A DNA stretch of 63,161 nucleotides, the filler included, from Octopus bimaculoides (taxonomy: Eukaryota), in NCBI RefSeq assembly GCF_001194135.2. It is 12 parts of 8 records of this genome, joined end to end, with 100 filler letters (N's around TTAATTAATTAA, not from the genome) between each part and the next. Parts side by side here need not be neighbours in the genome. Positions count along the whole stretch, not along the records: positions 55,327 to 57,883 come from NC_068991.1; positions 57,984 to 59,879 come from NC_068997.1; positions 59,980 to 62,052 come from NC_068996.1; positions 62,153 to 63,161 come from NW_026306458.1; 8 more parts are not named here. One strand, given 5' to 3'. The notes under the pieces are model-generated. The model saw only the letters and a program-made list of their open reading frames with translations, ran no database searches and was not told where the DNA came from. Shown piece by piece: positions 56,672 through 63,161 of the stretch (position 1 is its first letter; each line of letters starts with the position of its first letter). The translations under genes and the position numbers were made by a program.

Positions 56672-57625
56672 GTTTGTGTGTGTGCATAAGCATCCAGGGC
56701 ATTTTCTTTATCTATAAGTGTAGATAGATCTTACGTATTTTTAGGACATTCTGTCAATATCGTTGATTGGAGTGCTTGGAAAATATGATTGAAGTTATCA
56801 GGAACTTTGAGGGTATTTAGGTGCTTACTTATAGCGTTAATCCGCCAACACAGCTGAACTCTCCTCATCCAAACTGACATCCGGTCGGATAACCCTGCCA
56901 ATCTAGATAGTTCGTCTGTACAAACTTCAGTGGATTAAAACGATTGTCGTCTGCCATTGGCTAAAAATGGTATTTGGTGATAGATTCGCAGAGAAAAATG
57001 TCTGCCAATTTCGTAGGATATAAAATCAGAGGGCAGTGTACAGGGGAAATTGGCGCCAGTTCCTACTGTTTATCGTCACTGCACTCTATTGCGTCTAGAG
57101 ACAATAACGTAATTCCCAATAAGCGTAAAATGTATAATTTATTCTTCAGCAAAGCTGCAAGCCTACAAAGAGAAACATTATTATTCAGTAGTCATATATT
57201 TAACACGTGATTTCACTTCACTAGCGAGTGCAGATCTGTGTGCCTTTAGTATATGCTGTGGTTTGTTTTGGTGTTGTTATTTTCACTTTACTGAAAATTG
57301 CTTTACGTAGGATGCGTGCGGTGCCTATCAGTGTATGTAATTTTCTGTATTTATTCGTAAGTCCTGGTGTTTTGATTATGTATTTTTATGTTTTTTAATC
57401 ATATCTAGCGCACCTGTTATGATAGAGACTGTTTCTGTTTTTAGGCTCCACATTCGGGTTATCTCTATTTCCAGATCTTTGTATGTTGAGAGTTCCCGTT
57501 TATCATAAAGATGCATTGTCATCTGCTGCAATTGATACATCAATTAGAAACCATTTTTCTTGATGAACAATTACAACTTTATTCGATCTATTAACTTTGA
57601 TCTCTCTATCTGTGTGGATTGGTAT

Positions 57626-57663
<38 letters not shown>

Positions 57664-57699
57664 TATTATTATTATTATTATTATTATTAACAGAAAAGT

Positions 57700-57865
57700 T
57701 AGCACGCCGTGCGAAATGCTTAGCGATATTTCGTCTGTCGCAACGTTGAGTTTATATTCCGTCGAGATCAACTTTCCCTTTCATCTTTTGATGGGTACTG
57801 GGGTCGATGTAATCGTCTATTCCCTCCCCCAAATTTCACGCCTTGTGCCTATAATAGAAAGGATT
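57700..57865 (+). mobile_element. SINE family C
   Basis: gttagcacgccgtgcgaaatgcttagcgatatttcgtctgtcgc…gccttgtgcctataatagaaagg + (ATT)n. Confidence 0.75.
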
Positions 57866-57984
57866 ATTATTATTATTATTATTNNNNNNNNNNNNNNNNN
57901 NNNNNNNNNNNNNNNNNNNNNNNNNNNTTAATTAATTAANNNNNNNNNNNNNNNNNNNNNNNNNNNNNNNNNNNNNNNNNNNNA

Positions 57985-58170
57985 TAGATGCATATCTGGG
58001 TACAGGACGTAGCAAAAAAACGTGGACAAAATGATAAACGGAGTACAGAAAACACACAGACCACCTAGAGAACATTTCCTTCATCAGCTGCCACCATTCT
58101 AAAACTAAGCGTTTCGAAGAGTTAGGGCAGGACGCATTGTTAGAATGGCTCTTCCCACGGACCACAAATT
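57985..58170 (-). repeat. Dispersed repeat related to 2221-2340 (possibly Penelope pseudo-LTR-like)
   Basis: Both copies share gcatatct.ggtacaggac…aaaacacac…agagaacatt…ttcatcagct. The minus strand contains CTGATGAAG. Confidence 0.4.
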
Positions 58171-58562
58171 AAATTTAAATTAAATTTGTAACGTGTATAT
58201 ATAATTGAGATTCAATTGAATTAGATACTTAAGTTGAAGCACCATGTTAGTGTGGTATTAACCGTACAACTCAGTGAGGTGAAAAAAGTCAAAATAAGCA
58301 ACAGGATATCAAGAGGTAATGCAGTACGACCATTTCAAGCGACTCCATTTATGGTATATTTTCCTTCTGCTCTATTAGAAAATTTGAATAAAATTATATT
58401 AATGTGTCCAACTGATTAAAAAAATTCTATTTATTTATTTATTTTGCGGCTGAGTATAGCCCTGCATTTAAACCAAAGTAATGATTGCATTGTTCAATTA
58501 ATGGAGCCGCTTGAAACGGTCGTACTGCATCACCTCTTGATATCATGTTGCTTATTTTGACT

Positions 58563-58631
<69 letters not shown>

Positions 58632-58647
58632 TGTGTATGTATATGTA

Positions 58648-58699
<52 letters not shown>

Positions 58700-59006
58700 C
58701 TATAGACACACACATTCACATATATACATACATATAATATATATGTGTGTATATATGCGCATACATATGCTTATACACACACACACGCACACACAAACAC
58801 GCACATATATATATATACATATATATATATGTAAGAAATTAACTGCGTAAAAATCAATACGAAGATTACTCCATCCAATGAGAGATCAATATTACTAAAC
58901 ATTTCAACTACATATACTTATCGCGCTGCTAATGCTTTCCCGTACCTGGGTACGTTCTTCATGCGCAAATGCATATATATATATATGATCTTTCTTCTTT
59001 TACAAG

Positions 59007-59186
59007 GGGTCGAGATGAAACTGGATTATTTGAAGGATATCGGTGTGGATGCTATATCTCTGAGTCCCATATATGATGGAACATCCGTTGACAGCGACCT
59101 CAATGTTGTCAACCATACGACTATTGACAATAAATTTGGCACTGAAGATGACATCAAGAACCTTATTGCAGCCGCACACAAGAAAG
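59007..59186 (+). CDS. GH13 alpha-amylase-fold exon, SLC3 heavy chain (rBAT/4F2hc)-like or maltase-like
   Basis: ttcttcttttacaag|(G)VEMKLDYLKDIGVDAISLSPIYDGTSVDSDLNVVNHTTIDNKFGTEDDIKNLIAAAHKK G|gtaatc. 180 nt, phase 1-1. Matches KLDYLK.LG…L.PI…ID..FGT.ED…L…AH. Confidence 0.88.
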
Positions 59187-59539
59187 GTAATCAAGTTAAT
59201 ATTGTAATAGCAATAGTAAAAGTTGTTCCTATTGTTGTTGTTGATATTTTTTTTTTTTAGTGTTATTTATCTTACACTTTGATCTGGTGGAGTAATTCTC
59301 TGTTGAAATGAATATGAAATTTACAGTCGTAGCCAAAAGTTTGGAAGATTTTTTAGAAATTAAAATTGGTATGCCGAGGTACAATTCGATTCAAATATAT
59401 ACAACGTATATATTCTGGCATTTAATACCAAAATTCTAATTTTCCTACTTATGTTTTAAACTTTTGGTCACAACTATAAGTTTTCATTGAAATCATAACT
59501 AAAAAAGGACAAAAACAACGTTGTCATTATTGAGCTGGT

Positions 59540-59860
59540 GTAAAGCAGTGAGCTGGCATCTTTACGATCTGTGTTCAAATTCTTCCGAGGTTAACTTTGC
59601 CTTCCATCCTTCCCATGGTCGATAAAATAAGTATAAAATAAGTACCAATTCAGCACTGGGATCGATATAAATGACTTACCACCATTCCGAAAATAGCTGT
59701 TCCTAGTTGCACCCTTAAGAGTCCCAGCTATGGGTTAAGGTTTTGCCTGGGCCGGAGCTGTATAGTAGAATCCTGCAGCCCATGGTGCCAGGCAGGAGCA
59801 CTGAGCCCTATACCAAGTGTTTGGGAAGCAAACACCTTTACCGCACAACCACGCTCATAT
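59540..59860. mobile_element. Family C SINE (plus) and OK-type SINE head (minus)
   Basis: gtgttcaaattcttccgaggttaactttgccttccatcc… and …ccaagtgtttgggaagcaaacaccttta. Confidence 0.7.
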
Positions 59861-59979
59861 ATATATATATATATATATANNNNNNNNNNNNNNNNNNNNN
59901 NNNNNNNNNNNNNNNNNNNNNNNTTAATTAATTAANNNNNNNNNNNNNNNNNNNNNNNNNNNNNNNNNNNNNNNNNNNN

Positions 59980-60016
<37 letters not shown>

Positions 60017-60459
60017 GTATATATATGCATTTATGCATATATATATGAGTGTGTATGTATGTATTTATGAATGCGTGTGTTTGAGTATTTTTGCATCTAT
60101 GTACATATGTGTATGTACATATGTTTATATTACGTACATATGTGTATGAATACTTAGCCACATAAGTACCCTTATATTCTTTAAGTAGGAGCGATAACCT
60201 CCTTTCCTTCAGTCAAATAAGAGTTAAGTGTCTTGTCAACTGAATACAATACAAATGTGCCTGAAGCAAGATACGAACTCGTGCCTCACATGTCAGTAGT
60301 ATTAAGCCTATCTACTCGTAAGTTCCTCCCTCCCTCAACGATTTTGTTACGCTTAAAAATCATACAATAGAGTAAATATAAACATACAAATAAATAAATC
60401 AATGTAAAACGAAAGGGAAGCTATGGCGAAAGATGTCGAGTATGAGATTAAGAAATATT

Positions 60460-61290
60460 GCTTACAAATTTTGGCAGAAGGCCAGCAGCTTATGGAACGG
60501 AGTAAGTCGATTACATAGAGACCAGTGAAAAACTGGTACTTATTTCATCGACCCCAAATGCATAAAAGGTAAAGTCGACCTCGGTGGAATTTGAACACTG
60601 CAGGTAAAGACGGACGAAAGACCACTAAGTATTTTGACCAGCGTGCGAATGACTTCGCCAATTCGGGGCTTGAGTGAGTAAGCAACGTTGATTTCGAATT
60701 TTAGCACAAGGCCAGCAATTTTGGTAGAAGGGTAAGTCGTTTACTTCGATCCCAGTTCTCAATTGGTAATTTTTTTCACCGATGCCAAAAAGAACGAAAG
60801 GCAAAGAGTTTGTTCCCCATCATCAGTTGACAACAGATTTTGGTTTCTTTACATGTCTGTTTCTTAGCAGGTCGGCAAAAGATACCGATAAAATAAGTAC
60901 CAACTTTAAACATAATTACTAGGATCCATTGATTCGACTGAAAATTTTCCAATGCGGTGCCCGAGCATAGCCGTACTCTAATCACTGAAACAAGTAAAAG
61001 ATGAAAGATATGTATAACTGACGCAGAATAATTCCACTTTTTATATATCCGTCATCCTTTAAAAGAAGATCCATACGTTCACACACACACAAACTCATAG
61101 CGTGAGATAGGTAGATAAATTTATAGAAACTTGTGGGTGCGTGGTAAGAAGCTTCTTTCCTAATCACATGGTGCCGGGTTCGACCCCACTGCGGGTCACC
61201 TTCAGCAAGTGCCTTCTACAATAGACTCGGACTGACCAAAGCCTTATGAGTGGATTTGGCAGGCGGAAACTGAAAGAAGCCCGTCGTATA
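60460..61290. mobile_element. Cluster of SINE fragments (family C minus x2, OK tail plus, OK head plus)
   Basis: Matches to the family consensuses seen elsewhere in the window. Confidence 0.7.
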
Positions 61291-61292
61291 TG

Positions 61293-61323
<31 letters not shown>

Positions 61324-62347
61324 NNNNNNNNNNNNNNNNNNNNNNNNNNNNNNNNNNNNNNNNNNNNNNNNNNNNNNNNNNNNNNNNNNNNNNNNNNNNN
61401 NNNNNNNNNNNNNNNNNNNNNNNNNNNNNNNNNNNNNNNNNNNNNNNNNNNNNNNNNNNNNNNNNNNNNNNNNNNNNNNNNNNNNNNNNNNNNNNNNNNN
61501 NNNNNTTAGTTAATTGAGTACGACGTTTCACGGTTAAGAGTATGAAGGTACTCTATTCCGATTTTCAGCCCAATATTCGAATAAATTTGAAAATGTCTAT
61601 ACAACTCATGGGAATTTTGACTATGCGACATCAAAAACAACACACGAGGAAGGCACTTACAAAATTTATCGACCTTCGCCTCTCACCGTTACTACTACTA
61701 TCTCTCTTTCTCTCTACCTCTCGTTGCTCATTTTTATTCTACTTCCTCCCCTTCTTTTCCCTCTGCTACTCATTCTTTTTACACAGCCTTGGTCACGTGT
61801 GTCCGGCTGCTATTTTTTTTCGTTCTTTGACTCCCCAAGCTCGCACGTACTTCTTTTCCCCTCCTGTTCGTGCTTCACAACGTTCAATACATACACACTT
61901 CACGTCTGGCTGTACAGCCTGTTTGCTTGTTTGTTTATTCACCGTTTCGTTTTCCTGTCTTGTTTTCCGTCTGCCACTACCCTCCACGAAAACAATTTAA
62001 TTTGTGTTCGTGGGAAGAACCATTTCAACGATGCGTACTGCCTTAATTCTTCNNNNNNNNNNNNNNNNNNNNNNNNNNNNNNNNNNNNNNNNNNNNTTAA
62101 TTAATTAANNNNNNNNNNNNNNNNNNNNNNNNNNNNNNNNNNNNNNNNNNNNCACTGAGACAAGAGAATATTTAAAAAAAAAAAAAGATATTGAATGGGT
62201 ATGAAGCTTCAGTAGAGTAAATCAGGAATCAAAGGAATTCCTAAGCAAAAAGTGGGTGAGAAACACTAACACAGATATATTATACAATTATTGCTGGAAT
62301 GTAAAATGGTGTACATTAAAATAAAGTTGATCATAGTTTTAGAAATT

Positions 62348-63161
62348 ATTCGAGGTGGTATTAAAAGGTTCTTGGATGAGTTATGTTTAATAAAAAGTTA
62401 CTTATTTACTTTTTATGACGTTTTAACATCATCCTTTTTGAAATAGTCACTTTGTGTTGCAATATACCGATCCTAGCATTTCTGCCGCTTTGGAATCCAG
62501 CCTGGAAGTCATTTTCCGTAAGTGAGTTAAGGGCCTTCTGTGATTCACTCTTGCTCTTGACAATGGTGTTAAAACGGTAACCTTTGAACTGCCTTTTCTT
62601 CTTGCGGAAGAGATGAAAGTCCACAGGTGCTAAATCTGGTGAATAGGGTGGGTGCAGAAGTGCTACCATGTTGGTTTTTGGTGAGAAACTCACCAGTGAG
62701 GAGAGTTCAGTGAGAGGGTGCATTGTCTTCAAAAAGAATCCAATTCTTCATGCTCCACAGATCCGGTCACTTTTGCCGCATGTCCTCCCTCAAATGCACA
62801 AGCTGTTTAATTTTCTCTATATATCTGGGGGTGACACTCCTGGTAGGTCTTCCAGATCACTCATCATCTTCCAGGGATGTTCTTCTGCTTTTGAAGTGAC
62901 TGTGACACTCAAAACACTGTGTACAACCCATTGCCTTGTTGCCACAAGCTTGCCAAAACATGCTCAGTGTTTCTGTAGCAGACTTCCCAAGTTTAACACA
63001 AAATTTCATGTTGGCTCTTTGTTCCAACTTCCTGCCCATGACAAAATTGAAGACTACAGCATTCACATGATCACAAAAACACAAATTTCACAACTTGCAA
63101 AATAAACAGCAATATTACTCAGCACACTGCCTCATGAAGGTCACTGCTAGCTCTCACTGTG
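62348..63161 (-). mobile_element. Internally deleted mariner-family transposon (pseudogene)
   Basis: N-terminal HTH (EQRANMKFCVKLGKSATETLSM…F…RTSLEDDE*SGRP) is joined directly to the C-terminal LHPPYSPDLAPVDFHLF…. TIR-like cgaggtggtattaaaaggttc at ~62350. The 5' end runs off the window. Confidence 0.88.

Noticed and set aside
58081-58130. GAAAC…GTT…CTGATGA on the minus strand as a type II hammerhead
   Set aside because: Stem I cannot be paired and stem II is not closed, so it is kept only as a repeat.

Overview
AT-rich, microsatellite-dense eukaryotic scaffold with many N gaps. The SINE repertoire resembles the tRNA-derived OK/OR-type SINEs of Octopus, so this is most likely a coleoid cephalopod genome. 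There are no prokaryotic features, CRISPR arrays or intact tRNA/rRNA genes. Supported coding exons: (i) two minus-strand exons of a P5B-type ATPase (ATP13A2/3-like) N-terminus at 37158-37076 and 32033-31866; (ii) a plus-strand GH13/SLC3-heavy-chain-like exon at 59007-59186; (iii) a probable minus-strand first coding exon at 51275-51087; (iv) three phase-compatible plus-strand exons (20989-21043, 26618-26817, 29074-29116) that the ORF track does not assemble. They splice into an unrecognised signal-peptide-bearing precursor with a Gly-Arg-Arg processing site, antisense to the ATPase. Other highlights: a decayed ~180-bp tandem array whose consensus looks like a minimal hammerhead ribozyme and whose units also carry splice-like sites (47300-48080); a candidate bidirectional promoter (53088-53667); and an internally deleted Tx1/L1 element with a G4/hairpin 16-mer array at its junction. 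Also present are R4/Dong LINE remnants, mariner fragments and MITEs, a piggyBac-like MITE and many SINEs. All family assignments come from by-eye translation and motif recognition, not database searches. Repeat boundaries are approximate.
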